Positions 26,862 through 38,710 of a stretch of DNA of 64,000 nt are shown piece by piece. The stretch comes from Curvularia clavata (Eukaryota). Positions within the stretch are counted from its first letter, which is position 1. Every line of letters starts with the position of its first letter. The translations under genes were made by a program, and so were the position numbers. The DNA lies in assembly GCA_023920165.1 (NCBI GenBank), contig CP089275.1, forward strand, positions 2,542,001-2,606,000, in the 5' to 3' direction. The notes under the pieces are model-generated. The model had not been told where the DNA came from and searched no databases. It saw only the letters and a list, made by a program, of their open reading frames with translations.

Positions 26862-26956
26862 GATATTGTCCCAAGCACTCATGCATGGCATTGGGCTCGA
26901 TGCTACCTAATCATCGCATACTATTCCCAAGCCATCTCACACAACACCACCCGCGC

Positions 26957-28508
26957 CTACAGTTCCCGATCCGCTGCCTTGACAGGCTTGTCCTCGTCTG
27001 CTGCCTTCTCGTCGACAATCTTCTTGTCGCCAGTCCAGTTCATAGCCTTGAGGCGCTCTGTCAGAATAGGATGCGAGTGGTGGAAGCTCGAGTAGAACCA
27101 GTCTGCGTCCATACTCGACAGGTTCTGAATCTGGAGCTTGATCAACGACGCGCCCAATTCGCGCGCATATCCGAGCCCTACAGCAAAGGCATCTAGTTCA
27201 CGTTAGTCTTGATCTCATATATACACACACACAACTATGCGAGTCGCGTACCTGCTTCATACTCCATGCTGCGGGTCCATATATTAAGGAGTAGCTTGAC
27301 AATTGCGTCCGTGGGCGACAGGATCTCGTTGAAGAGCATGAAGCCAACAATGGTTGGCTGCTCCCGATAGAAACCAAAGTCAGCATACAGCGATTGGTTG
27401 TTGATGAAGACGGAGAATAGGGCAAAGATGTAGAATAGATGCGCCTGGCTAATGAAGAGAAGTCGCGATGTGTGATTCATCTTCCAGTGACCGAGTTCAT
27501 GTGCCAAGACAGCCTCAACCTCCTTCTCTGTGCTCTTTTCCAGTAGAGTGTCGTAGATAACAATCTTCTTCTTGCCAATCCATGGCAGTCCTGTGAAGTA
27601 GGCATTGCTGTGTGCACTGCGCTTGCTGCCATCGATGACCTGCAGCTCAGACAGAGGAAAGTTGAGCTTGGAAGCCAGAGCCTCGACCGACTCCTTGAGC
27701 TTACCAGGCTTGAGCGGCTCCAGCTTGTTGAACAGGGGAACAATAAGGATCGGGTAGATGGTCATGCCAGTAATCTGGACCATAAGCATGAACATCCACA
27801 GGTAGTAGAAGAAGCCCTGGCCTGTTTTGTTGATGATGGCCAAAAAGGCACTGCCAATCGGAATACCAAACGCTATGGCAAGGGCCTGGCCCTTGATCAT
27901 ATCCGTGATCCATAGCTTGACAGTCATTTTGTTGAAGCCAAACTTTTCTTCCAGGACGAAGCTGTGGTAGTACGACAAGCCGAGGCCAGCAACTAGATCG
28001 ATCCAGCCGAGCATGTACATGAACAGAAGCGACTGCGAAATCTCGCCGGAGAAGCGGGCGGGAGCATAGCGGGCAACGACAGTGCCGGCAGCAGCCCACA
28101 CGAACGGGTAGAGGTTGAAGTAGAGAGAGGCAAGATGTTTAACCTGGTTGAAGAGACCGGAGATGAAGCTGAACTTTGCTTTGGCGCGACCATAGGCCTG
28201 TAGTCGACAAGTAAGTTTTCTGTTACCAGCATGTCCTGCACTTTGCAAAACGTACTTGGGATTTATCAAAAGTTTCCTTATCTATTTCCTTATCGAGAGC
28301 CTTGGGGACAGAGGTACGTTGGAGGACACGGTATTGGCGGTAGAGGAGCCAGTTTTCGAGGGCGAACTCTGCGAGAGAGAAGCCGACGACGAGGCGCTTC
28401 CATGGGAAAAGCGGCCGGTCAAGCCAGCGGGCCAGGCGCTGGAGTGCATTAGCCTTGAACTGAGTAGCAATTGAGAGAGTGATGTACCTGGAGAAAAGCC
28501 TGGATCAT
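26957..28508 (-). CDS. STE24: CaaX prenyl protease 1 (M48 zinc metalloprotease), 4 exons
   Basis: Motifs FVLEEKFGFNK, DGSKRSAHSNAYFTG, HELGHWK (HEXXH), SMEYEAD, DWFYSSFHHSHPILTERL. Confidence 0.96.
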
Positions 28509-28858
28509 GGCGATGATGGTTGTTGGATTATGAAGCAGCAGCACACGCGAGTTGAGGCCAGACTGCGAATGCGCGTCAGCGCTAGCGCAACGGTCTCTTG
28601 ACGTAACACGCTGTCTCGTAATCTGTCCTACTACTACACGCACCACCACCACAACCGTAGTCAGAATCTGAGTTTGTACACCGCCACGGTGTCAGAGCAA
28701 TGTTCTGGCCAGATGAATCTTTTTCTCGGTTTATGTATCGCCTTTGGAAGGTAAAAGATGCAATTGATTACCCCGCCTTACATGCATGAGCGATGTCTAT
28801 ATTGCCATTAAAGCCCCAGCATTACAATTCAAGTCTATTTACACGATGGCCAAAACTC

Positions 28859-30082
28859 TCACGACTGGTACTTCCAATCAAATTCCTCTTTAAGCCTTCC
28901 AAAGCCAATCCTTGGCTTGTACTCCGCTACCTTGTCAGCGCCAAAGTCGAATACAGAGTAGTACCTCTGGAGAAACGCAGCGCCGACAAGCGCAAACGAG
29001 GCTTGATCGCTACTGTCAAATGGCGGCATACATTGGGACCCAGGCTCGAGGAACTCATCTCCGCGAATGCTGAACGAGACATCGTCCTCTGGGGCACCAT
29101 CGCCAAGGGTCAGGGTAACGGCCCACGAGGCGTTCATGGCCTCGCAGGTAAATCGCTGCCTGCCCTCAAGGAGCGCTTCGTAGTCCCATCCCAGGTTGAA
29201 ATACATTGCTCCAATGATGTCGTCGGGTACAGCAAGGCGGCCAGCCCCTGTATCAAAAACGGCAGTGCCATAGCCGAACGTAGACCACGTAACATTGGCC
29301 TCTGGGAAAGTACCGTTGGCCAGGTGCGTGGTGGGAAGTTTGCCGACTTCAGTCTCTACCACGGAGTTTGGGTTGGTTGGGTCTTGGGCGACGAGGATGT
29401 TAACACTTCTCAAAGGTGTGCGCCATAATTCATATGTATCCGTCTTAGACAAAGGCGCGTAAACTACGTCGCCGTCAACATACATGTCTTCGTGGCTGCC
29501 GCCAATGCTTAGCACTCCATCTTGAGGGCCCTCGTTAGCCAGGTTTTTGCCGTAATACAGGCCGAACCGAGGCTGGTCGAGCTTGCCGTCCCAGAGTAGT
29601 GTCTCCACTAAGGTCGTCGTGTTGGCCTCTGCGATTGACGAGAAACCAAGGCCCAGAAACCCGTCTGCGGTAATGAACCGCCACGAGCTCTCGTTGACAG
29701 CTAGGAAGGTCTGGTTCCATTCTACGGTGTCTTCTGAGTTGTTGAAGGTATCCATGTACGTCTCGCCCTTGACGTTGCCGCCCAGGTAGGGAATCGAGCT
29801 GGAAGTGCGTAGGTCAACGCCGGTGGACGACGCAGATGCGTTGTAATATTGTCGCGTATACCACTGGCCATTACCATACGGACACGACTCCTCTGTGCAG
29901 GCAGTGCTGACGGTCCAAAGTGTTGAAGAACCAGTATCGAATAGCAAGCGGTGTTCCTTGGGAGGGGTTCCAATATCAAGTTTGACGCTGGAGTAGGAAT
30001 CTCTAATAACAACAGGCAGGTCGAGTACAGCTGCGGATGCAACACCGGCGACTGCCAACAGTCCGTTTACGCTTTTGATCAT
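28859..30082 (-). CDS. Secreted pepsin-like aspartic protease (A1), intronless, 407 aa
   Basis: Signal peptide; both catalytic motifs LLFDTGSS and VFDTGAG; DGFLGLGF; LVGAAFLQRYYSVFDF..RIGF. Confidence 0.92.
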   Translation of the reverse strand: MIKSVNGLLAVAGVASAAVLDLPVVIRDSYSSVKLDIGTPPKEHRLLFDTGSSTLWTVSTACTEESCPYGNGQWYTRQYYNASASSTGVDLRTSSSIPYLGGNVKGETYMDTFNNSEDTVEWNQTFLAVNESSWRFITADGFLGLGFSSIAEANTTTLVETLLWDGKLDQPRFGLYYGKNLANEGPQDGVLSIGGSHEDMYVDGDVVYAPLSKTDTYELWRTPLRSVNILVAQDPTNPNSVVETEVGKLPTTHLANGTFPEANVTWSTFGYGTAVFDTGAGRLAVPDDIIGAMYFNLGWDYEALLEGRQRFTCEAMNASWAVTLTLGDGAPEDDVSFSIRGDEFLEPGSQCMPPFDSSDQASFALVGAAFLQRYYSVFDFGADKVAEYKPRIGFGRLKEEFDWKYQS

Positions 30083-31315
30083 TTTTGGTGCTGGTGTACA
30101 AGGGAAGCTTATACTGGAGTGCTGGATGACAAAAAAGACTGCATGAGACACAATGGCAGGGGCATGGGATGCTTATTTATCTAGACAGTGTAGCTCCCTG
30201 CTCGGCGTCATGGTGATCATGGCCGTAATCTATAATTACCAAAGCTGAACTTTGTCCAAAATTGACGGTGTTAAAGAACGCGGCTGGTGAACAATAGCTA
30301 GGGAGAAGCGCGCTAGGCTACTGGCAGCCGTCGTGATTAAGAATGCACGGTTGCTCAATTACCGAGTGATCCGATGCCCGTGGCAGGTATCATTGCCTCG
30401 CTATGGTGTCATCGGTACACTTGCGGCGCTTTCGGTGTTTGGTAGAACTTCTAATTAGTTAGCCTAGCTCTTGGTGCGTTCGTATAAGAGCACGTCTTCT
30501 GGATTTGTTTTGGTATGGGAAGATCTGGCGGCTTGTACGTCACTCATGGAGTCTGCTGGCTGCCACCGTCCCGTCCGGAGCATGCGATTCAGCGGCAATG
30601 GCAATTTCGGACTTGCTGTTCGTAAAAGTGGCAAGTGAAGATCTACGTCAAGCATGTTGAGAATACACATTGAGCGAGCGAGGAATTAGCTAATGTTAAC
30701 TGACCCGGATACCTGGACATGTACATAATGTAGGTGGACCCTGACGAAGCCTCAAAAACACCGATTCAGCGGAACGGCAACGGGAAGAGCAGAGGCGGCT
30801 GTGGCGTTATAGCATGAGTGCAAGGACGTGGGACACTAACTGGCTCATTCAGTTGAGAGAGGCATGCAAACCAGACTCCACCTACATAGCATAGCTGCCC
30901 CTGAGAGAAACCTGGTGAAACGTGGGTCTCATGCTGGATGCCCACCCTCGTTGTTAGCGTGGAAATGGTGTTACGAAGAAGCCCATGCCTCACAGACTTG
31001 CAAGTTGAAGGACTCGTGACTAATTGTAGAGGGAGCTCTTATACCCAGCGACATGAAAAGAATGGCATTGGTACTGTTGCATGCCAAGGGGAAGCTGTGC
31101 GAGCACGTATCACGTGATTGTTGACGCGCATTGGCTGCTGCGCCACGCTCCGGCCCGGGTGGCGACTACTCCCTCCTTTCCCATGCTGTCCTTCAACATC
31201 AAGTCATCCCCGCCTCAATTCCATAATCAACAAGCAGGAATTCCTTCTTTCTTTCTCTCTCTCTCACAAACACATTCACATACAAGCTTTCAAAAACAAC
31301 GAAAACACCGCCACA

Positions 31316-31792
31316 ATGGACGAAGATGTTGTCGCTTTCGCCATTGTAATGCTGCTGTTCCTGGCCTTTCCCTTCTTCAGCGTCCTAGGCATCACCGGAT
31401 GCATCGCCCTCTCGCGCACTCGGGCGTGGGACAAGGCACGAAACCAGCGTGCCGTCAGCCTCGAAACGTCGGAAACCAACCGTCTCGTCAACGAAGACGA
31501 TGAATCGGACTTTTACGACACTGAGGACGAGGAGGAGCACAACAAGCGCCAGGCCGAAGAGGAAGCCGACAAGCACATTACGTTTGGCCAAAAGTTCCGC
31601 AAGGAGTTCCGAAAGGTGTGGGCAGGAAAAGGAAAGGATGAGATTTTGAAGCAGAAGGAGCGCGAGGAGAGGAGGAAGCTGGCCAAGGCTGTGGCAAGAG
31701 AGCTAGAGCGCCGTGAGAGAAGGAAGGCGAGAAAGGCTGCAAAGAGCATGCAGCAGTCTTGCGAGGACTTGCCCGCCTACACCAAGGCGTAG
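31316..31792 (+). CDS. Small single-pass membrane protein with acidic cluster, charged helix and C-terminal LPAY motif
   Basis: ATG in CCACAATGG context; N-terminal hydrophobic helix; coding-like composition. Confidence 0.75.
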   Translation: MDEDVVAFAIVMLLFLAFPFFSVLGITGCIALSRTRAWDKARNQRAVSLETSETNRLVNEDDESDFYDTEDEEEHNKRQAEEEADKHITFGQKFRKEFRKVWAGKGKDEILKQKEREERRKLAKAVARELERRERRKARKAAKSMQQSCEDLPAYTKA

Positions 31793-32784
31793 AGTCTGAC
31801 TGGGTTGGACAGTCTGGCCTTTGCGACAGAGTGGCACGGTTGAAGTGCTGCAATATAGTCGAGGCAGGGCACATTTCTCATTTGGCTACAAATTGATACC
31901 CGCTATTATCCAATCTGTGTATTCCCATGTGTGCATAGCTGACTGTTCCACATGTTCAATTCTGGAGCGGGTGTACTTGACGCAGTGATGCTGCCTTGTC
32001 GTCGGCAAAATGCACGTTGGGCTTCGTTTCTCAACATTGCCGGTGCGCTTTCTCGATTCAATTTGTCTTTTTGCTTTTTTAATAGAATAACAAAAGACGG
32101 TTTGCGCAATGGACATATTCAATCCATCTCGCCAACCGATACGTCACGCTACTTTGATTCTAGAGGTTCTCTCTCTCTCTCTTTCTCGACGAGGTCTTTC
32201 GTTTTGATTAGCCACGTCATGGTAGAAAATACCTAATACAGATACTACACAGACATCTGGCACCGCCACAATAACATACTTGTAGAGCAATGACGCGATG
32301 CTAGCCCTGCACAAGGCGCTTGACGAAGCACGATGATTTACTCGATAGCACTTATCTTCCGGCATTGGTAAGGCGCGGTTATTTGGTTAGGCGGATCGGC
32401 ACCAACTAGGCAAGCATCCACACGGTCCGTACAGCAAAGGCCCTTTGGCAATCCAAGCAGCAGCGGACCACGAGCATCGACTTGTTGCGCAGCTAAGAGG
32501 ACAAGCCATGGTGGACCAAGACTGGGCGTGTGTGGGCGCCGCAAAACCATGGTTCGCGTGGGGAACTAGACGCGTGCTTGGTATAAAATCGATCCCCAGA
32601 GCTGCGTCGCGCCTTTGTTCCGCCATTCCACCCGCCTCCCCCATTTAACCCCGGAGCCATCTGCATACCCGGCATTCTGGATCCATTTGCATCCACGCCC
32701 ACCACTCGCCCTTTTCTTTTGCACCCACAACCACCACCACTACAACCACTACAACAACAACCACCGCCGCCGCCCCCGTCCACC

Positions 32785-33795
32785 ATGGCCGCCAGCATGG
32801 CCCACTACCAAGGCCACCACCCCAACACAATCTCCACGGGACGCCCCGAAGCAGTTGCCCAGTATGCGCCGCGCCGACCAGAGCGAAAGTACCGCCTCGA
32901 GGTCGAGCAGCAGCCTATCCGAGCACGCATGTGTGGCTTTGGCGACAAGGACCGCCGTCCCATTACCCCTCCGCCCTGCATCCGCCTCGTCGTGCTCGAC
33001 GACATGGACCGCGAGCTCGACTTCAACGAAATCGACAGCACCTACTTTGTCCTCATGGTCGACCTGTGGAACGAGTCAGGCCAGTCGGCCGTCAACCTCG
33101 TCCGCCACAGCAGTGCCGCCCCCACCGTGTCCATCAGCAGCAGCACCACGACGTCGTATCCTCCACCCCCAGAGCGAAGCCACTACGTCGCCACAACCAT
33201 TCCCGGCTATGACCCGCAAGCCTACCGCCACCAGCAGATGCAACCGCCTCAGGCCATGGCCGCTGCTGGCTACGGCGCGCATGCCCCCGTGCCCGTACCC
33301 CAGTACTATTCCCAACCCCCAACTGCCAGCTACCAGCCGTACCCCGCTGGCCCTTATGGCCAAACACCCACCCAGTCGGCCATGATTCCTGCCACCCCCA
33401 TGAGCTCCAACCACACGCGCAACCTCATTGGCATGAACGCCGTCAACGCCTGCCGCCTCAACGACACAAAGAACAAGCCCGGCCTGTGGTTTGTCCTGCA
33501 GGACCTCAGCGTCCGCACAGAGGGTACATTTCGCCTCAAGCTCTTCCTCTTCGACATTGGCGCCGGCGACGGCACAAACGCGACCGTTTCCAACGAAGGC
33601 CCCACGCGCGGAAAGGGCAAATGCCTCGCCGTCAACTTCTCAGACCCTTTTACTGTTTACTCGGCCAAAAAGTTCCCCGGTGTCATTGAGAGCACCCCGC
33701 TCAGCAAGTGCTTTGCCCAGCAGGGCATCAAGATTCCCATTCGCAAGGATGGACCAAAGTTGCCCAACCAGGCAGAGTACGACGCTGATGATTAG
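32785..33795 (+). CDS. velB: Velvet-domain regulator VelB (split velvet domain), intronless
   Basis: QQPIRARMCGFGDKDRRPITPPPCIRL, VDLW..VNLVRHS, a P/Y/Q-rich insertion, TRNLIG, WFVLQDLSVRTEGTFRLK, VYSAKKFPGVIESTPLSKCFAQQGIKIPIRKD. TATAAAA at 32582. Confidence 0.93.
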   Translation: MAASMAHYQGHHPNTISTGRPEAVAQYAPRRPERKYRLEVEQQPIRARMCGFGDKDRRPITPPPCIRLVVLDDMDRELDFNEIDSTYFVLMVDLWNESGQSAVNLVRHSSAAPTVSISSSTTTSYPPPPERSHYVATTIPGYDPQAYRHQQMQPPQAMAAAGYGAHAPVPVPQYYSQPPTASYQPYPAGPYGQTPTQSAMIPATPMSSNHTRNLIGMNAVNACRLNDTKNKPGLWFVLQDLSVRTEGTFRLKLFLFDIGAGDGTNATVSNEGPTRGKGKCLAVNFSDPFTVYSAKKFPGVIESTPLSKCFAQQGIKIPIRKDGPKLPNQAEYDADD

Positions 33796-34818
33796 CCAAC
33801 CCCGTCGGCCTTCATTCTCTCCATCCTTTCTCGATTTTGTCATGATCCAATCCTGCAGAGTGAGGCGTTTTGCATCTTTATCGTATTTTTCAAATCAAAA
33901 GAATCAGCCTCTAGATTTGCGAGCGGGTCTGTTTGGGATTTTGCCCAATCCTTTTTCTTGTTTTCTTGGCCCTTTAGTGGCAAGGCGCGTGGGTATCTCA
34001 GACGTGCCTTCTTTTCTTTGGGCGTTCTTTTTCTTTTCCCATCTTTATTCTGGTTGGTCCACAACGCATCCTCGAATGCGAAACTAAGCTGCAGGCGGTC
34101 TTTTGACGGTGAACATGGTTATATTGTTTTACGACCTTCAAACAAGACACGCGAAAAAGAGGAAAAGGTGTTGCTTCACTAGGAGCCCGCGTGAAGAATA
34201 ACTGCGTGGCATTGATTTCGTTTATCGAATAGATTAAGGGAACCCTGGGTGACCTACCCTATCACCCGCTTTCCTCCTTCCTTCGTCTCTGAGCAACCAT
34301 ACAACTCTCTCTATCTAGTTCTTTCCTGTTCAATCTAGTCCTGACCTTTGTCTGATCATCAGCATAAAGACTTGGACACATCATCCGTTCTATCAATACC
34401 GTTTATTTCACGTCATAAGTGGATACGGTTTTCCCGAGGGACACCCGAGCGACGACTCGACGTCCCCTGTTTTTTTCTCTTCACCCTCCTGACCTTTTAA
34501 TTTAGGCTGGAAGACAAAGAACATATTGTTGAGTCTCCCACGACGTCGGCTGATCCAAGCAATGTCCGGTATGAGGCACGTGGTGAGAGACGTCAAAGCT
34601 CGCAGAGTCTTGCAGAGTCTGGCAGGTATTGGATGCATCCAGTAATCCACTCCGCGGTGCAGCTCAAATAACAGCAAGGCGCGCTTCTACGTAATGTGAC
34701 GCTGTGCTTCCACCAGCCTAGCAGATGTGGCGCATGCCATCCGCTTCATGGCAGCACTTTCGCCTTTACTAAACTCAGGCTGATTGCCCAGAAGATGCGT
34801 CATCTACTTGGGGCTACA

Positions 34819-36695
34819 TCATACGATGGCGAAGTGATTCGACGACGCAAAGAGCTCTGAACTGACAAGCCGGCAATCCATTCGCCTCCCGCCCTCGTCT
34901 TGCTTTTTCTGCACTACTTCAAGCAGATCAGCCGTAGCTTTCGCATTGGTAGCTTCGGTGCTGAGATTTCGAATGGCGTCGAGAATCCACTTTCGCTCTT
35001 CCAGGTCGTCTTCCTCGCAGCCCCACATCAGCAGAGGCCACAATACATTAACCGGTAGCGATTCATCTGATTCGGCCATGAGATGGCACAAGCGCTTGAT
35101 GTTTGCCATGGCGTTAATGACGTCTTTGGTCTTGGGGTATTGAACGTAGGCGACGCGGTGCAGATGGATGAATGAGGCGTAATAGTTGACCAGATAACAT
35201 CTAAATGACCTAGTCAAGGGCTTAGCAAGACTCTTGGCCAGGTGCTTCTCAGTCAAATTTCCAGCCACAGCATGGTCCATCAGAACCGGTCGTTGGCTGT
35301 AGAGCGCGTGCAAGTCCTTTGAGATTTGCGCAGCCAGCGCCATTACCTCCGTTTCGTCCTCGACCGTCCCGCGGCTTCGGCGCCAAGGATCAATGCGCGT
35401 GATTCTGCCAGAAAAGGTCTGCACTTGCTGAAAAAACAAAATCCCCGGGTGGTAAAGCACATCGAACAGAACCTCTTCGATTTCAACATCCAGGTTCTCA
35501 GATTCGGCCCCAGGATCAGCCGCAGGTGAGGCGTTGAAGATTGTCTCGTCCGTATCAGCGAGAAACAGACCTTCTCCGCCTGCTGTCGACACAGCACGTG
35601 CATCGAGTAAACGGAGCCAGGAGACTAGTCGGCGCTCAGGAATTGAAAAGGCTGCCTTCTTTGCGTTTTGAATGAGCATATAAGCCTCTCGCAGATTTGC
35701 GTGAGCTCGGGGGAGCGTTTCCGTAAGAAGGTCAGTATAGGTAAGCAAGAACAGTGCAGCAAGAACATGTTTGAGACCAGCCCTGGAAGCAACGTCTGCC
35801 TTCTCAGACAATTGCACCTTGGCTGAGCGATTGGGTAGTTGTCTGACAGCATTATCGTATAAGGCTCTCCAGTCGAGTTTTGCTGTGTCTCCGCCCAATC
35901 CGTTCCGTTGAATCTGCATAGCTGCAAAAGCCATGATTGCGCTTCTAACAACAGGTGATTCTGCTGCCATAGTAGCAAAGAAAGCACGCGTAGACGCCCA
36001 CTTTGGACCCACCTCCACTGGCGTCAAGATGGGCGGCATGAGCATCTGAAGGAAGGAACTCAAGAGAAACTCTTCGTTAGGATGACCATTCGGCGCACCC
36101 TCAGTCGACAAAGGCGATGTCGAATTTGGATCAGGTCGGTAATTCCGGTGGTCTGGCATGTGTGTCTGGCTTCCCGCGACAGGAGCAGCGCTCAGAAGTG
36201 GGCCCGAAGACTGATGGGGATCGGGAAGCTGGTAGAGCGATTGTGCTGCTGCCAGCGAATCAGCAGGGAAAGAGTTTGGGCTAAGCAGCATAGCTTCGTC
36301 CCAGGTGCCCACGCTCAGCGGGCCTGAAAATTCAAAGCCGAAGCTGTATCCATCCAAGGGAAACACTCCCGAGGCAAAGGACTGAGGTTGACCAAGCGGG
36401 CTGCTCGTCACCAGAGACTGCTGCGAGGTGCTGCTGCTTCGCGCTGGAGGCGGACGGTGCCATGTGCATTCAAGATTCAGACGCTCGCAGTGCGAACAAC
36501 GCGGCCGCTGTTCGTTGCATCGTACCTTGCGCCTCCTATTCCCATGAGCGCTTTTGCCGGACGAATGCTAATGCTTTATGCATACCTGCATGCATTGCAG
36601 CCATTTTTGGACCGCGCTGGCCGAGGCTGTGTTGATGATGGTTCTGAAGACGTTGCTGGTGTCTGCTGCTGTTGGCTTGCGAGTGCCTGCGACAT
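34819..36695 (-). CDS. Zn(II)2Cys6 transcription factor with Fungal_trans_2-type domain; intron 36536-36585
   Basis: Spliced product RSKNGCNACRRRKVRCNEQRPRCSHCERLNLEC; C-terminal LWPLLMWGCE..ERKWI. Confidence 0.9.
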
Positions 36696-38710
36696 GTGCG
36701 ATATAAAAGATAAGAAGATTGGGATAGAGAAAGTGAATTGAGCGTGGCAAAGCGCAGCAGGGGTGCATTGCGACAAAATATGGAGCTGGTCGTAAATTTG
36801 CGGGGGGCCAATGAGACCAGCCCGCTAGCGAGTCAAGGAGTTGCGCTACGATGCACGTCAAGCTTTGAAGAGACGGAGCACTAGGTTGGACTTACAAAAC
36901 ATATAAGCTGGCGGGGCAGATTCCCAAAGTCTTGAGAATATATTATTGGCAGTAAAGCTTGCACGGGGAGAGAAGGTACGAACACGATCGAAAGGGCTTG
37001 AAGGCTCGATGTGGGCTGGGAAACTCGACGGAGAGGATCTTGAGTAGAGGCAAAACCTTCACTAAAAGATGTCAGAGCTAGAAGTTACAACGAAAAAATA
37101 AACCGGCCTGAGGCCCAGTACATGTAAAGAAAAAAAGGACGCGGGAATACGGAAGAATGCCTTATCAGCGCTGCTTGGGAGTTGCAGATACAGGGGAGCT
37201 CTTCGCGTTGCCATGATTGGCCTTATACCACAAGCCTTATGCAAAGCGAGAAATACTCTCTCTTTCTCCTCTTCAGGCTCGTCGAAAGCAGCCTTGCGTT
37301 TACGCCGAGTAGATCCTGCAGCAGACTGGTCAGAGTGAATGTCAATGGCGCCTACGAAGAATAGACACGGGCTGCGGAGTTCCTTGACACATGGACAAAA
37401 GCATCATGAAGTGTCCTGTTAGCTTTTTGAACAATAACTAGGTTATGACAAACATTAGCTTGTGCCTGACATACATAAGCAAGGAAAATTTAGAGAGGCT
37501 CCCAGCTGTGGTTATTATGAGCGCAGTTATAGTAACGCATACGACTTTTTGGATTGATGCAAAGTACTTTTCAACAGCTCTTCATGCCGTAGGAGACAAA
37601 GCACACTCCAGAACACTCCCTACTCAAGCTCCTGGCATTTGATATCGGACTCTGGACTGGTATAGCCACAATTCTTCAGATTGAATAACAGAAGAATTGC
37701 AAGACATTTGTTAGACAGCAGGTTAGCTTACTCGTTCTCCCAGCCATACTTGGAGAGCGGAGGCGTCTTGGAGTTTCAGTGTTACTAACAACCACGCTGA
37801 GACAACCCATAGCGTTCTTACATTTGAGAAATTCAACACAACTGTGTTACACATTCATGTCCAATTCCTTTGCTCGGAATCGATTCATTGATTCTTTGGG
37901 TCAATCTTTTGGCGTTTGGCCTTGCCCCGAGCAATAAAATATATTTTGCTAACCCAACAAGTTCTTTGCCCTACACATTCCATTACCGTAAATCTAAAAA
38001 ACAAAAACAAAAAACGTAATACTAAAATATTACACTAGATTTACCAAAACCTTCGCTAAACTGTAGCGACCAAGTACAAAAAACTATTTGGATAAGCAAT
38101 CAATTGTGCATCTTTCGTCCGAGCAATGCCAAAGCCAATTTCCCAAATCTCGACGCGTAAGCAGCACGCGAGTTATTCTGTAGTTATGCATGTCGCTTAT
38201 GAACAACATCTGACTAGCAAGATGCATAGACTTCAGACGCATAACGATGCCAAGGTAATACATATAGTAGTTCGTTCGGACCGACTCACGTCCTGACAAG
38301 TTTTCCGTTCATGACGGTATCTCTAGTCGAGCTTCACACACCATCAAGCGACTCTATGATTGAACTCCCGACTGAGTCGCCTTCCTTCTGCATCTTAATG
38401 TGGAGTCACAAAAAAAAGGGCGTCGACTAACCCCCACCGGGGAAGTCTCATAGTCCAGCCCCGCCCCACTTCCCCATCCGATTGGGCCCGGACGGACCGT
38501 TTTGGGCAGCGGACGCGCTAAAGAAAAAGGGCTTCAACTACCAAGCACTTATCCCCGTCATTGTTGGATTCTTTTACTCCACGTCTGATTGTATATAACC
38601 TGCTCCCCAGTAGATCCCTCGCTTGACGGTCGGTAGAACGCAAACAGGTGTTTTTTTACGATTAGCGCCAATTTCCTTTGTCGTGCTGTTGGTCATCATT
38701 ATACCGGGAT

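Noticed and set aside
34230..34480. Hairpins GGGTGA/TCACCC and GGGAC/GTCCC between velB and the TF
   Set aside because: Short stems with no snRNA, snoRNA or telomerase-template hallmarks.
37060..37420. Minus-strand fragment with RRKRKAAFDEPEEEK after a CTAACAG acceptor
   Set aside because: No start or continuous gene model; at most an unidentifiable remnant.
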